NCBI GenBank assembly: GCA_046350615.1
Contig: JAXMAA010000002.1
Span: 213,204-277,203, forward strand
Origin: Candidatus Saccharimonadales bacterium
GTDB lineage: Bacteria > Patescibacteriota > Saccharimonadia > Saccharimonadales > UBA7683
Reading direction: 5' to 3'
DNA length: 64,000 nucleotides
The notes beneath the pieces were generated by a model. That model did not search any database and was not told the DNA's origin. It worked only from the letters and a program-made list of their open reading frames with translations. The first letter of the stretch is position 1. Each line of letters starts with the position of its first letter. The translations under genes were made by a program, and so were the position numbers. Positions 47,901-57,358 of the stretch are shown piece by piece.

Positions 47901-48803
47901 ATGCAAAAAATAACCCCGAACTTATGGTGTGATGGTAACGCACGCGAGATGGCGGACTTTTATCTTTCAATCTTTCCTAGCAGTAAAATTACTGGTGGTA
48001 GCAAGTATCCTGCCAATGCATCAGAAGGCTTAGCCGATTTTCAACTTGAGCTAGCCGGTAAAGATCTTACAATTGATCTCAAACTAGCTGGCCATGATTT
48101 TACGCTTATCAACGCTGGTCCAGAGTTTAAGCCAACCGCTGCCAACTCATTTTTTGTAAACTTCAACTCCAAAGAAGATCCCGAGGCGCGCCAACACCTT
48201 GAGCATGTTTGGGAGAAACTTGCTGAGGGTGGAGCCGTGCTCATGGAGTTACAGAAGTATCCCTTCAGTGATTACTATGGTTGGGTTCAAGATAAATATG
48301 GATATAGCTGGCAGTTGATGCTGCTCGAGCCACAAGTTGAGTTCGCTTGCATTATGCCAGGCTTACTGTTTGCAAACGGCGTACAAAATAAGGCTCAGGA
48401 AGCGCTCGAGTTTTATAGCTCTGTATTCAAAGGCTCCCAGGTTGGCTATGTTTCGAAGTATCAAGAAGATACCGGTCCAGCCAAGGCTGACGTATCGGTA
48501 GCCTACGGCGATGTTGAACTGGCGCCAAGGGAGTGGTTTGCCGTCATGGATAGCGGTATCGAACAAAATGTCACATTTAACGAAGCCGTCTCCTATGTAA
48601 TTACTTGTAAAGATCAGCAAGAGGTCGATTACTTTTGGGAAAAGCTTTCAAGCGTATCTGAATCTGAACAATGCGGTTGGTGCAAAGACAGGTACGGTGT
48701 CAGCTGGCAGATTGTGCCAGAAAATATGGGAGAACTTATGCAAAAGCCAAATGCCTTCAAGACTTTAATGAGCCAACACAAAATCGTGATTGCCGAGTAC
48801 TGA
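47901..48803 (+). CDS. Two-domain VOC/PhnB-like (3-demethylubiquinone methyltransferase-like) protein
   Basis: ITPNLWCDGNAREMADFYLSIF... and a second FANG..QEALEFYSSVF repeat, with C-terminal DRYGVSWQI. Confidence 0.7.
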   Translation: MQKITPNLWCDGNAREMADFYLSIFPSSKITGGSKYPANASEGLADFQLELAGKDLTIDLKLAGHDFTLINAGPEFKPTAANSFFVNFNSKEDPEARQHLEHVWEKLAEGGAVLMELQKYPFSDYYGWVQDKYGYSWQLMLLEPQVEFACIMPGLLFANGVQNKAQEALEFYSSVFKGSQVGYVSKYQEDTGPAKADVSVAYGDVELAPREWFAVMDSGIEQNVTFNEAVSYVITCKDQQEVDYFWEKLSSVSESEQCGWCKDRYGVSWQIVPENMGELMQKPNAFKTLMSQHKIVIAEY

Positions 48804-48857
48804 GCGGCTGTGGTGTATTATATGTAGAAATGTAAGTTCATATTAAGAAAGGCTAAG

Positions 48858-49496
48858 ATGAAAAAATATCTACCATTTATTATTATCGCAGTTATAGCGA
48901 TTGCCGGGATTGGTTATGCCCTAACTCGGGATAAAGGTAACTCAAAGAGTGCTGAGAATGGCGGTATCTCGAGTAATGAGAAATCGGCTAATAAATATTC
49001 AGATGCTTGTAAAGTATTTACCACAGAAGATCTAGCTGTAGCGCTCGGTGGTACTTATGCTGAGGGTGAAGAAGGCATTGCTGCTAATACCGCCGCCCCT
49101 GGTAGTGATAACTACGATGATCTCAAAGGTTCTGCCTGTGAGTTCGACCAAGTCGATGATGGTACAACGGCTGGCATGACCGCTGCGCTTAACTTTAGTA
49201 TCAATGTGAATAACTACGCTAGTAGCGATGATGCCGACAAGTTTATGAAAGACCTGCACGATCCGCAAACAGCAGAAGGACAGGAGGCGCTAGCAGGTGA
49301 ACCCGTAGACGTTGCAGGGGTTGGAGATCAAGCCTTCTTCCCAAGAATCAGCACTGCAGCGGGTACGGATGAAAAGACCGAAGCACTCTACGTTCGTCTT
49401 GGCAAGCAAATTATTGTTCTCAACGCTACCAGACTCAACGGTGTTGATCGCCCTGCGGTTCAGGCGAGCCTTACAAAGCTTGCTCAAAAGCTTTAA
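48858..49496 (+). CDS. Membrane-anchored or lipoprotein-like secreted protein, unknown function
   Basis: The N-terminal hydrophobic helix is followed by a polar domain. Confidence 0.55.
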   Translation: MKKYLPFIIIAVIAIAGIGYALTRDKGNSKSAENGGISSNEKSANKYSDACKVFTTEDLAVALGGTYAEGEEGIAANTAAPGSDNYDDLKGSACEFDQVDDGTTAGMTAALNFSINVNNYASSDDADKFMKDLHDPQTAEGQEALAGEPVDVAGVGDQAFFPRISTAAGTDEKTEALYVRLGKQIIVLNATRLNGVDRPAVQASLTKLAQKL

Positions 49497-49557
49497 GTTC
49501 CGTTTTTTCTGAGCATGGCGAGCTTGGGTTATACTTGTAGAGTACTAAGGAGGGTCT

Positions 49558-49983
49558 ATGGCAAAACAAGTGTATATTAATCTTCCAGTAAATGATCTGG
49601 AAAGGTCTACTAAATTTTACGAGGCGCTGGGCTTTACGAAAAATCCAACATTTTCGGATGAGAATGCCAGTGCATTGATGTGGTCTGAAGAGATTGTCTT
49701 TATGTTACTGACTCGCGATTTCTATCAAAAGTTTTTGGGCAGTAAAACCATAGCCCATACGTTAACCAGCAATGCTGCTCTCATAGCACTCACACTTGAT
49801 TCTAAAGAAGCGGTGCAGAAATTTGCTGATACGGCCAAAGCTAACGGTGGTGATTATTTTGTAGCAGATCCAAATAAGGATCTTGATTTCATGTTTGGCT
49901 ACGAGGTGCTGGACCCAGATGGCAATCAACTTGAACCTGTCTGGATGGATCCAAATTTTGATCCGCAAAGCCACAGCGAATAG
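49558..49983 (+). CDS. VOC (glyoxalase/bleomycin-resistance fold) family protein
   Basis: YINLPVNDLERSTKFYEALGF is the typical first beta-alpha-beta unit. AAGGAGG RBS. Confidence 0.7.
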   Translation: MAKQVYINLPVNDLERSTKFYEALGFTKNPTFSDENASALMWSEEIVFMLLTRDFYQKFLGSKTIAHTLTSNAALIALTLDSKEAVQKFADTAKANGGDYFVADPNKDLDFMFGYEVLDPDGNQLEPVWMDPNFDPQSHSE

Positions 49984-49986
49984 AGG

Positions 49987-50349
49987 ATGTCAAAGCTGCG
50001 TGTAAAAAGAGTCTACGATGAGCCATCAAGTGCAGATGGGTATCGGGTGCTGGTTGATCGGTTGTGGCCACGCGGGGTGAGCAAAGAACGCGCTCAGCTC
50101 GATGCGTGGAACAAAGATCTCGCGCCCTCCGCCAAGCTACGAAAATGGTTCAATCACGACCCCGAAAAGTTTACCGAATTTTCTGCTCAATACGAGGCAG
50201 AGCTTTCTGAAAATAAAGCGATCGCTGCGTTTTTGGCCACGATTAAAACTCTCAAAACCGTAACGCTGCTATATGGCGCAAAAGATCCACAGATAAATCA
50301 CGCGGTAGTACTGCAGCGGTTTCTGCAAAGTAAGAGCAAGGAGCGTTAA
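49987..50349 (+). CDS. DUF488 (YeaO-like) family protein
   Basis: [28 protein letters not shown]...LAPS..LRKWF.HDP.KF pattern. Confidence 0.8.
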   Translation: MSKLRVKRVYDEPSSADGYRVLVDRLWPRGVSKERAQLDAWNKDLAPSAKLRKWFNHDPEKFTEFSAQYEAELSENKAIAAFLATIKTLKTVTLLYGAKDPQINHAVVLQRFLQSKSKER

Positions 50350-50350
50350 C

Positions 50351-50701
50351 ATGGCACAACATCGTATTTACAAAATGAGTTTCGCAAGGGTGTATCCGTT
50401 ATACGTACAAAAGGCTGCGAAAAAGGGGCGCACCAAGACAGGGGTTGATGAAATTATTCGTTGGCTTACTGGCTATAGCCAGCAGCAACTCGAGCTCTGT
50501 ATTACAAATGAGGTCAACTTAGAAGAGTTTTTCAACCAGGCGCCAACTTTGAACCCTTCCAGAAAACGTATCACTGGTGTAATTTGCGGCGTGCGCATAG
50601 AAGAAATTACCGATCCACTTATGAAAGAGGTGCGCTATCTCGATAAACTTATCGACGAACTCGCCAAGGGCAAACCAATGGAGCAGATTCTGCGAACGTA
50701 G
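50351..50701 (+). CDS. DUF2200 domain protein
   Basis: [37 protein letters not shown] pattern. Confidence 0.75.
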   Translation: MAQHRIYKMSFARVYPLYVQKAAKKGRTKTGVDEIIRWLTGYSQQQLELCITNEVNLEEFFNQAPTLNPSRKRITGVICGVRIEEITDPLMKEVRYLDKLIDELAKGKPMEQILRT

Positions 50702-50720
50702 GTATTGATACAATAGTGTC

Positions 50721-51143
50721 ATGAGTAGCACAATCAAAACCAGAGTGAACGATGCGAGCGTCGAAGATTTTATCAATCAAGTTGAAGGTGACGTGAAGCG
50801 AGCGGATGGCTTTAAACTGCTTGAGATGTATCAAAAAACGACCGGTGAAACGCCAAAAATGTGGGGCAGCAGCATGATAGGTTTTGGGCAGTATCACTAT
50901 AAATCTGAGAGGAGCCAGCAAGAAGGTGATTGGCCACTCGCTGCGTTTTCACCCCGAAAACAAAATCTCACGCTCTACGTCATGTCCGATCTGCACGATT
51001 ACAGCGATTTACTGAAAGATCTCGGCAAGCACAAAACCAGCAAAGCCTGTCTTTACATCAATAAGCTCGCTGATATAGATTTGGAAGTTCTTGAAAGACT
51101 AATCAAAGTTTCATATCTCGACGCCAAGGAGGACCTTCTGTAG
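50721..51143 (+). CDS. DUF1801 (YdhG-like) domain protein
   Basis: VEDFINQVEGDVKRADGFKLLEM....MWGSSMIGFGQYHYK pattern. Confidence 0.75.
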   Translation: MSSTIKTRVNDASVEDFINQVEGDVKRADGFKLLEMYQKTTGETPKMWGSSMIGFGQYHYKSERSQQEGDWPLAAFSPRKQNLTLYVMSDLHDYSDLLKDLGKHKTSKACLYINKLADIDLEVLERLIKVSYLDAKEDLL

Positions 51144-51248
51144 CTGGATATTTCAACTAGAGTTACTGAAATTTATTAAAAAACTCCCGGAGGAGTCACG
51201 TGCTGCTTGGTATTTGGCTGGGGTTAGTGGGCGCGTTTCAGGAGGAAT

Positions 51249-51605
51249 TTAAAATTCTTGGTGCTCAGTTTCAATGGTATTGAAATACTCTTTTGTGAAT
51301 TCTAATGCTCGTTCAACAGAAAAGCTTTTGCAAGTATATAAAACTGTCGAGAAGAACTTCTCATTGGTCCAAACATATAATGAAATACCCGAGTCTATTA
51401 AAGGAACAAAGGCGTCAAATCCTTGATTCTCTTCTTTGCCATCGCCGTCAGGTGAGTGAACGATCGGGTCGCCATAGGTTCTAAGGTTGAGTTCAGCAGC
51501 TAGATTTAAAAGATAATCGCACACATCTTGCTCATCCATTGTTCTGTCATAGGTTGCTTCGATGAGTAAACGCTGTCGAACTATTTTTGGTGCTAAGTCT
51601 TTCAT
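51249..51605 (-). CDS. S-adenosylmethionine decarboxylase-like (AdoMet_dc fold) protein, cleavage motif not conserved
   Basis: GFDAFVPLIDSGISLYVWTNE...VLYTCKSF parallels the G..a...L.ESHisiHTwPE...D.ftC layout but lacks ES-S. Confidence 0.45.
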   Translation of the reverse strand: MKDLAPKIVRQRLLIEATYDRTMDEQDVCDYLLNLAAELNLRTYGDPIVHSPDGDGKEENQGFDAFVPLIDSGISLYVWTNEKFFSTVLYTCKSFSVERALEFTKEYFNTIETEHQEF

Positions 51606-51762
51606 GAACTTATTGTAACAAAAAAGAGGCGAGCTGCCTCTTGAAGGTCATGGCTGGGGCGAAGGTTCCTTAATAGAACTTTTTCCATCCAGGAAGATGA
51701 TCCAATTGTCGATGTTGATGAGATCCGAGAATTACTTGATGAGGAGATCAGGGAGGGTGATA

Positions 51763-52203
51763 ATGAATAATTCAGCTCTCTTTGATAATAATACGTTCTA
51801 TAAAGCATTTGAGCGCGATTTAAGGCGTGCTAGGCAATCGGTAATCATAGAAAGCCCCTTCATCACCAGAAGAAGAATGGAGCACCTCTTACCGCTACTT
51901 ACAAAGTTGCGCCGCAAGGGTGTGCACATCGTAGTTAATACCAGAAACCCAGAGGAACATAACGAAGAATATTCTATCCAGGCAGAAGATGCAGTAGCGG
52001 CAATGCAGGATATTGGCATAAAAGTGCTCTACACAGTTAAACATCACCGTAAACTAGCCATAATTGATGAAGAAATACTTTGGGAGGGTAGCTTAAACAT
52101 TCTCTCTCAAGGAGATAGTTGCGAGATTATGAGACGAACAAGTTCAAGTGAGCTAGTGAGGGAAATGAAAAACTTTATAGCATTGGACGATTACAAATGG
52201 TAA
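51763..52203 (+). CDS. Single-HKD phospholipase-D-superfamily nuclease (Nuc-like), paralogue 1
   Basis: HKD motif HHRKLAIID followed by GSLN. GGGAGGG RBS. Confidence 0.8.
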   Translation: MNNSALFDNNTFYKAFERDLRRARQSVIIESPFITRRRMEHLLPLLTKLRRKGVHIVVNTRNPEEHNEEYSIQAEDAVAAMQDIGIKVLYTVKHHRKLAIIDEEILWEGSLNILSQGDSCEIMRRTSSSELVREMKNFIALDDYKW

Positions 52204-52219
52204 GGAAAGCAAATCTATT

Positions 52220-52531
52220 TTACTTATAGTTGTACTCGAGGTTCACAGCACCAGTCACACCAAAGAACCAGACTAGAATGCAAGTTGCCAATACAGCCAA
52301 AACTGCTACGGCAATATACTTAACTTTCGTGTCTTTGGTTGTGATAAAAGCGTATAGGGCTAGCACTAATGCAGGCCAAAGCGCATACGAATTTGGAGCA
52401 CCTTGAAAGTTTTGTTTCAAATTCTGTACAAGCTCAAAAGTCTTAATAAGCACTAAAGCTGCCAGCACAGTGCTAGCTCCTACAGCCAAAATTACCTTGT
52501 TTTCACTTCGATTATTTTTCTTCTTCGCCAT
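52220..52531 (-). CDS. Small membrane protein
   Basis: AAGGAG RBS before MAKKKNN. Three hydrophobic segments. Confidence 0.5.
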   Translation of the reverse strand: MAKKKNNRSENKVILAVGASTVLAALVLIKTFELVQNLKQNFQGAPNSYALWPALVLALYAFITTKDTKVKYIAVAVLAVLATCILVWFFGVTGAVNLEYNYK

Positions 52532-52640
52532 GACTAGATACTCCTTGTATATTGTGTACATTTCAACCTGCGATAATATTAGCATAAACACTACTATTAT
52601 GCCTACGTGGTGCAATCGCAAATAGTGGTATAATTTCTAC

Positions 52641-52790
52641 ATGAATAAGTTAGTAGTATTATTACTTGTTATCGCTGCATCAATTAATATAGCTTTGGCT
52701 ATTAGCGGGGCATCTTACTGGAATCTCATTGCTGCTGTATTGTTTGCAGGCTCTGCCTTTGCGATCTATAAATCTTTGAGAAGCAAGTAG
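52641..52790 (+). CDS. Small membrane protein (49 aa, below the ORF-track cutoff)
   Basis: MNKLVVLLLVIAASINIALAISGASYWNLIAAVLFAGSAFAIYKSLRSK. Its stop abuts the next ATG. Confidence 0.35.
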   Translation: MNKLVVLLLVIAASINIALAISGASYWNLIAAVLFAGSAFAIYKSLRSK

Positions 52791-53087
52791 ATGGCGCTCA
52801 GAGGTAAACGATCAAGGCTATACGTAAGGACTTTAGTGATCCTAACGGTAGCTATTCTTGCGGCTGGGGCAGGTACAAAGATTACTTACCCATGCTCGCC
52901 TAGCAATGTTCCGGCAGGTGAATCGGTAAACAACTGTATCTCGTTTGAAAAGGCAATAATGCACCCGGCTGACCTTATAATCAATAAACAAGACAGTCTA
53001 ATGCACTTTGTTAGTATTTTTGTACTGGTTTCGCTTCTACTTCTCGCACTATCTATAGCGATTACTAAATACCGTCGCAATAGCTGA
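52791..53087 (+). CDS. Small membrane protein
   Basis: 98-aa ORF with N- and C-terminal hydrophobic helices. Confidence 0.45.
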   Translation: MALRGKRSRLYVRTLVILTVAILAAGAGTKITYPCSPSNVPAGESVNNCISFEKAIMHPADLIINKQDSLMHFVSIFVLVSLLLLALSIAITKYRRNS

Positions 53088-53101
53088 TTTTAACCTACAG
53101 G

Positions 53102-53359
53102 TTAACCACCGGATTGCCCCTTACCAGAAAGCATCTGGAATAATATATACACACCAAGAACGAACACAAATAAGATAACGCATGGTATCCAAAAACCATT
53201 CTGTATACTCCAAACTACTCTTGGCCAATATCCGCATGGCATGTAATCAATTCCAGATGTGCCACACTCTGGATGAGATAAGAGATTTGCTAGAAGAAAT
53301 AGTGTAGTGACGGCAACTGTAACTATTGAAGTTGCAGTAATGATTCGCTTAATTTTCAT
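53102..53359 (-). CDS. Small membrane protein
   Basis: 85-aa ORF with two hydrophobic helices. Confidence 0.45.
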   Translation of the reverse strand: MKIKRIITATSIVTVAVTTLFLLANLLSHPECGTSGIDYMPCGYWPRVVWSIQNGFWIPCVILFVFVLGVYILFQMLSGKGQSGG

Positions 53360-53399
53360 AACTCTATCTTAACAGAAGCAGGTACTAAGGTCATAAAAA

Positions 53400-53419
53400 C
53401 GGGGAGAAGGGATTCGAAC
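53400..53419 (-). other. tRNA 3'-end-like fragment (T-loop plus acceptor strand, Pro-like), possible att remnant
   Basis: The minus strand reads GTTCGAATCCCTTCTCCCCG. There is no matching 5' half or CCA nearby. Confidence 0.35.
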
Positions 53420-53616
53420 TTTTTCTGATCTGTTAGTTTGTATATATCTGAAATAGTTGTGATATATGTGAAATAACCAAACTTTTTACAGATCAAAAAT
53501 CGAATGTCTAAATTGGCTGGGGCTCGAGTTCCTTAAGATAACTTTTTTTCAGCAAGAGGATGATCCATTAGTAGACATTGAGGAGATACGAGAGCTACTC
53601 GACAAGGAGAGTAGCA

Positions 53617-54057
53617 ATGAATAACTCTGAGCTCTTCGATAGCGATAGCTTCTATAAGGCGTTTGAGCGTGATTTGAGAAGTGCTAAGCACTCGGTAATT
53701 ATTGAGAGCCCCTTCATCACAAGCAGAAGGATGGAGTATTTATTACCGATACTCATTAAGCTACGTCGTAATGGTGTTCGAGTAGTGGTTAATACCCGTG
53801 ACCCAAAAGAGCATAACGAGGAATATGCTATTCAGGCAGAAGATGTGATAGCTACAATGCAAGAAATAGGCGTTAAGGTACTCTATACCGTCAAACACCA
53901 CCGAAAGCTTGCCATAATTGACGGCGAGATTCTTTGGGAGGGTAGTTTGAATATCCTATCTCAAGGGGATAGTTGTGAAGTTATGAGGCGCACAGTATCA
54001 ACTAGTCTTGCCTGGCAGATGATTTGCTTCACGAAACTTAATAAAATTGCGTATTAG
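53617..54057 (+). CDS. Single-HKD phospholipase-D-superfamily nuclease (Nuc-like), paralogue 2
   Basis: Same HKD/GSLN motifs. About 77% identity to paralogue 1 over the first 60 aa (counted), 1854 bp downstream of it. Confidence 0.8.
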   Translation: MNNSELFDSDSFYKAFERDLRSAKHSVIIESPFITSRRMEYLLPILIKLRRNGVRVVVNTRDPKEHNEEYAIQAEDVIATMQEIGVKVLYTVKHHRKLAIIDGEILWEGSLNILSQGDSCEVMRRTVSTSLAWQMICFTKLNKIAY

Positions 54058-54258
54058 TTATTCAGGAAAGTCGCTGATGTTGATATCAAGTATCTTAGAT
54101 AACTTTTTAATGGTCGGATAGGAGGGTTGCTGGATACCTTGCTCAATCTTGGCGATGGTATTGGAGTGAACACCGACTTTCTTAGCAAGCTCAGTTTGAG
54201 TCAAGCCTTTGGCGACTCGGGCATCTTTAACTAGTTTTGCTGATGACTTATTACTCAT
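54058..54258 (-). CDS. XRE-family helix-turn-helix regulator
   Basis: AKGLTQTELAKKVGVHSNTIAKIEQG is a classic HTH_3 motif. Confidence 0.8.
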   Translation of the reverse strand: MSNKSSAKLVKDARVAKGLTQTELAKKVGVHSNTIAKIEQGIQQPSYPTIKKLSKILDINISDFPE

Positions 54259-54369
54259 AGGATTCTTATCTATATTGTATCATTTTAAGCTTTTGGCTAC
54301 CTCTATAACAAAAATAGCTCGCACCCTCTCGCAAGACGTACAAGCTATTTCTACCTTAGAAGTAGCATA

Positions 54370-54789
54370 TTAGGCAGCAGGCAACTCTTCGACTGTTGGT
54401 GGTGGCATTGCAAACGGATCACCGTGATATTCAACACCGTCAATATCGGGCGTGTCGCCAATCACAATACAGACTGCTTTATGAAAACCAAGTTCGTTGT
54501 ACATAAAGTATGCATTGTAGTCATCACTCATGATGAGCTTGCCGCCTTTGGCATAGGTATGAAGCGCTGGTGGCACATCGTCTCGTGCTTTTGCTTCAAA
54601 GTAAGCCCGGTACTGCGAGTTTATGTCTGGCTTGTAGTCTGAGTAGGGCTTAATGGCGTCCATCTCGGCCATAGCCATCTGGCAAGTTATCTCTCCAGTA
54701 TAGGCTTTCTTGAGAAGTTCAATTAGGCGAGCATCCCTTGGTTCAGTATCATCCGTAAAGTCGGCGTTTTGTATGTCGGATAGTTTCAT
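54370..54789 (-). CDS. Hypothetical protein (139 aa)
   Basis: An ORF upstream of the XRE gene on the same strand. No motif recognised. Confidence 0.5.
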   Translation of the reverse strand: MKLSDIQNADFTDDTEPRDARLIELLKKAYTGEITCQMAMAEMDAIKPYSDYKPDINSQYRAYFEAKARDDVPPALHTYAKGGKLIMSDDYNAYFMYNELGFHKAVCIVIGDTPDIDGVEYHGDPFAMPPPTVEELPAA

Positions 54790-54793
54790 GGAT

Positions 54794-55200
54794 CTATTTT
54801 AACACTTCACTGGAGCTTAAGTGCTCATGAACCACGCGCCAACTACCATTAATGCGCCTCAGTACGTTCGTACCTTGTCCGACATAAGTCTGTCGCTTTC
54901 CATCAACCTCACCATCCGATGTAAAGGTGTAAGAACATGCCGATACCCAGTAATTCCTTGCTACCCAGGTAACGTCTGAAATGGAGTATTTTTCGTCCTT
55001 GATATGTGCCCATGTTTCCTCAAATGCTTTCCGGATAGAACTGTTTGCCTTCATGTTTTTTTCCATCCGTAAACCAGTACTGAGCATTGTCAACGATAAG
55101 AGGGTCTACATTATTAAAGTCACGACTTGTTGGAAGCTTTCGTAGGCTTCCAAAAGGTATCTAGCTCGTATTGAAGCTCAAGCCGATCATCAATAGTAAC
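54794..55200 (-). pseudogene. NTF2-like (SnoaL/DUF4440-type) gene, frameshifted at a 7-nt homopolymer
   Basis: The C-terminal 86 aa (MKANSSIRKAFEETW...GSWRVVHEHLS) are in one frame. The N-terminal part (RDFNNVDPLIVDNAQYWFTDGKK) is in another, switching at T7/A7 (55056-55062). Confidence 0.5.
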
Positions 55201-55424
55201 GGCTTCGCCTTTCTTGATGCAGGGCGACATCGCCACCTCTTTCGTGGTCAATGTAAGTACCCAGGTTGTCGTTATGGTTTACATACCGTTCAGGCTCTGG
55301 GAATAAGAATATCTTGCCATGAAACGAGTGCGTCCACTCCACTCGCCATCGGGTAGAGCATCAAACTCAGTCTGTGTTAATTCTTTCAGAAGTTATATGG
55401 AACGACTAGTTCACCCTTTTGAAA

Positions 55425-56111
55425 TCACGATTGGCAATGAACGCCCTTACCAACCAGGTTGCCTTTGCCAATAGTTACATCATTCATTTCGGCCCTCAAC
55501 GTCTTTTCTATGTCATCGAGCTTGCTTACTGTGTGAGTTGCATCAGAGTTAGTACTATCAAGTGAGAAAAAGATACTTTTCATACCCGCAGCTTTGGCAG
55601 CTTCAATGTCACTAGCGCTGTCACCAACGTACACCGCTTCATCTGCTTTAACCCCCAGCCTTTCGATAGCCAGTTCTAACGGTTCAGGATGTGGCTTCGG
55701 ATTCTTGTAGTCTTCAAACGAAACCACAACATCAAATAGGTGCTCTATTTCCTTGGCTGAGAATATGTCATCAACGCCAACTCGAATACGACTCGTGACG
55801 ATAGCTAAACGATACTTCTCATGAAGCTCTTCGAGGATACCTTCAAGCCTGTCATGAAATTCGAACAGGCTCGAGTCGCGCAAGCTACTGTCATGGCCTA
55901 GTTTAAAAATACGTTGAATCTCTTGCTCATCATCGGTTCCAGTTAACTTTGCGATAGTTTGACGCATGGGTAAGTGAAAACAGTCAAGGACTTGTTCGCG
56001 CGTTATATTAGGGTAGCCGGCTTTAGCCAGTAATTTTTGAAAAAATGCTACGTTTGAATTGCGTGAGTCAACAAGCACACCATCAACATCAAAGATAACA
56101 GCTTTAAGCAT
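55425..56111 (-). CDS. HAD-IA family hydrolase (phosphatase)
   Basis: Motif I VIFDVDGVLVDS, motif II VTSR, and motif IV GDSASD. Confidence 0.85.
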   Translation of the reverse strand: MLKAVIFDVDGVLVDSRNSNVAFFQKLLAKAGYPNITREQVLDCFHLPMRQTIAKLTGTDDEQEIQRIFKLGHDSSLRDSSLFEFHDRLEGILEELHEKYRLAIVTSRIRVGVDDIFSAKEIEHLFDVVVSFEDYKNPKPHPEPLELAIERLGVKADEAVYVGDSASDIEAAKAAGMKSIFFSLDSTNSDATHTVSKLDDIEKTLRAEMNDVTIGKGNLVGKGVHCQS

Positions 56112-56634
56112 GCAGAACTCCAAGGGTTTTCATATCTTTAGCCAGGGAAGGAACATATTTACCAGGATTGGCTTTAAGATCAGTAGTGAGCTTATCGAGC
56201 GGAACCCACTCGTACGCCTCTACTTCTTCCTCTTGGATTTTGACAGTTATTTCGTTTTTATTAACTTCAGCGAGATACCACTGGACAAAATACTTGTGAG
56301 TACCGTCGTCGGTATATTCTTTAGGGCCCCTAGTGAGCTTTAGGTCGGTGAGGCCAATTTCTTCTTCAATCTCATGAACAATATTTCGATCATAGTCTTC
56401 TCCTTCTTCGATCGTGCCTGAAGCAGCCGCCATCCATTTCCCTGGGTCATTATGCTTTGCCCACTTTCGCTGTGTCATTAACACGTCACCAGTATCTATA
56501 TCAGTGAGCCACAATGCTGACACCTGGTAAATATCTTCATACCGTAAGTCAGCATAGTTTTTAAGGCCAATCGGATTATCTTGCTGGTCTACGATAACAA
56601 CTTGGGCGCTCATGATGCTAAACCTCAAACTCAA
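56104..56634 (-). CDS. NUDIX hydrolase (IDI-like layout)
   Basis: Nudix box GTIEEGEDYDRNIVHEIEEEIGL, with Arg replaced by His. Confidence 0.8.
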   Translation of the reverse strand: MSLRFSIMSAQVVIVDQQDNPIGLKNYADLRYEDIYQVSALWLTDIDTGDVLMTQRKWAKHNDPGKWMAAASGTIEEGEDYDRNIVHEIEEEIGLTDLKLTRGPKEYTDDGTHKYFVQWYLAEVNKNEITVKIQEEEVEAYEWVPLDKLTTDLKANPGKYVPSLAKDMKTLGVLHA

Positions 56635-57358
56635 TTAGTAAGGGCAGGTGATCAGAATATTCGGTATCAACAACTCTTGCACTAGCAACTTCGACCTTGT
56701 CATTTACAAAAGCATAGTCAAGGCGCCAATTTAGCCGGTCTTCCTCAAATCCTTGATAGGAAAACGGTTTAATAGTCCACGTTTTCTCGTCATTTGCAGG
56801 CCCGGCATTCTTCAGTACTTTCTCGATCGACTGAATAGTGTATGAACCCGGCGTAGCATTAAGATCACCTGTAAAAATGAAGGGTAGCGTAGGTTTTTTA
56901 AGTTCAGCAACAAGCTTATCAGTTTCGGCTTTCTTTGGATCTGTAACTTCAAATCGGTGCGTATAAGACATGTGTGCTGTCCCAACCACTAATTCTCGTT
57001 CCTCTACCCTAAGAGTGACTTCTACGTATTCGCGATACTCATCGTCGTAGCCCCCATCACCCTTTGGCTCGTTGACCCACACACGGCGCTTATTACCAAT
57101 TGGAAATCGAGAAAATATACCGTTTGCCAAGCTAAGCTCTTGGCCTTCAAGCTCTCGCAGGGGAATCAGCGGCGCATAATGTTCGTAGCCTAGAGTGCTA
57201 GCGATATGCTCAATAGTGTTCTTTATTTCTTGGTCAGGATGATTGACGGTCAGCTCCTGTAGGCAAACTATATCTGGGTTGAGCCGTTTGATCTCATTAG
57301 CAATGTTTCGAATGTCTTCTTTATACCAAATGTTCCATTGTAGGATTGAAATACTCAT
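56618..57358 (-). CDS. Endonuclease/exonuclease/phosphatase (EEP) family protein
   Basis: ILQWNIW...PDIVCLQE...GDLN...SDHLPL motif series. Confidence 0.85.
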   Translation of the reverse strand: MSISILQWNIWYKEDIRNIANEIKRLNPDIVCLQELTVNHPDQEIKNTIEHIASTLGYEHYAPLIPLRELEGQELSLANGIFSRFPIGNKRRVWVNEPKGDGGYDDEYREYVEVTLRVEERELVVGTAHMSYTHRFEVTDPKKAETDKLVAELKKPTLPFIFTGDLNATPGSYTIQSIEKVLKNAGPANDEKTWTIKPFSYQGFEEDRLNWRLDYAFVNDKVEVASARVVDTEYSDHLPLLIEFEV

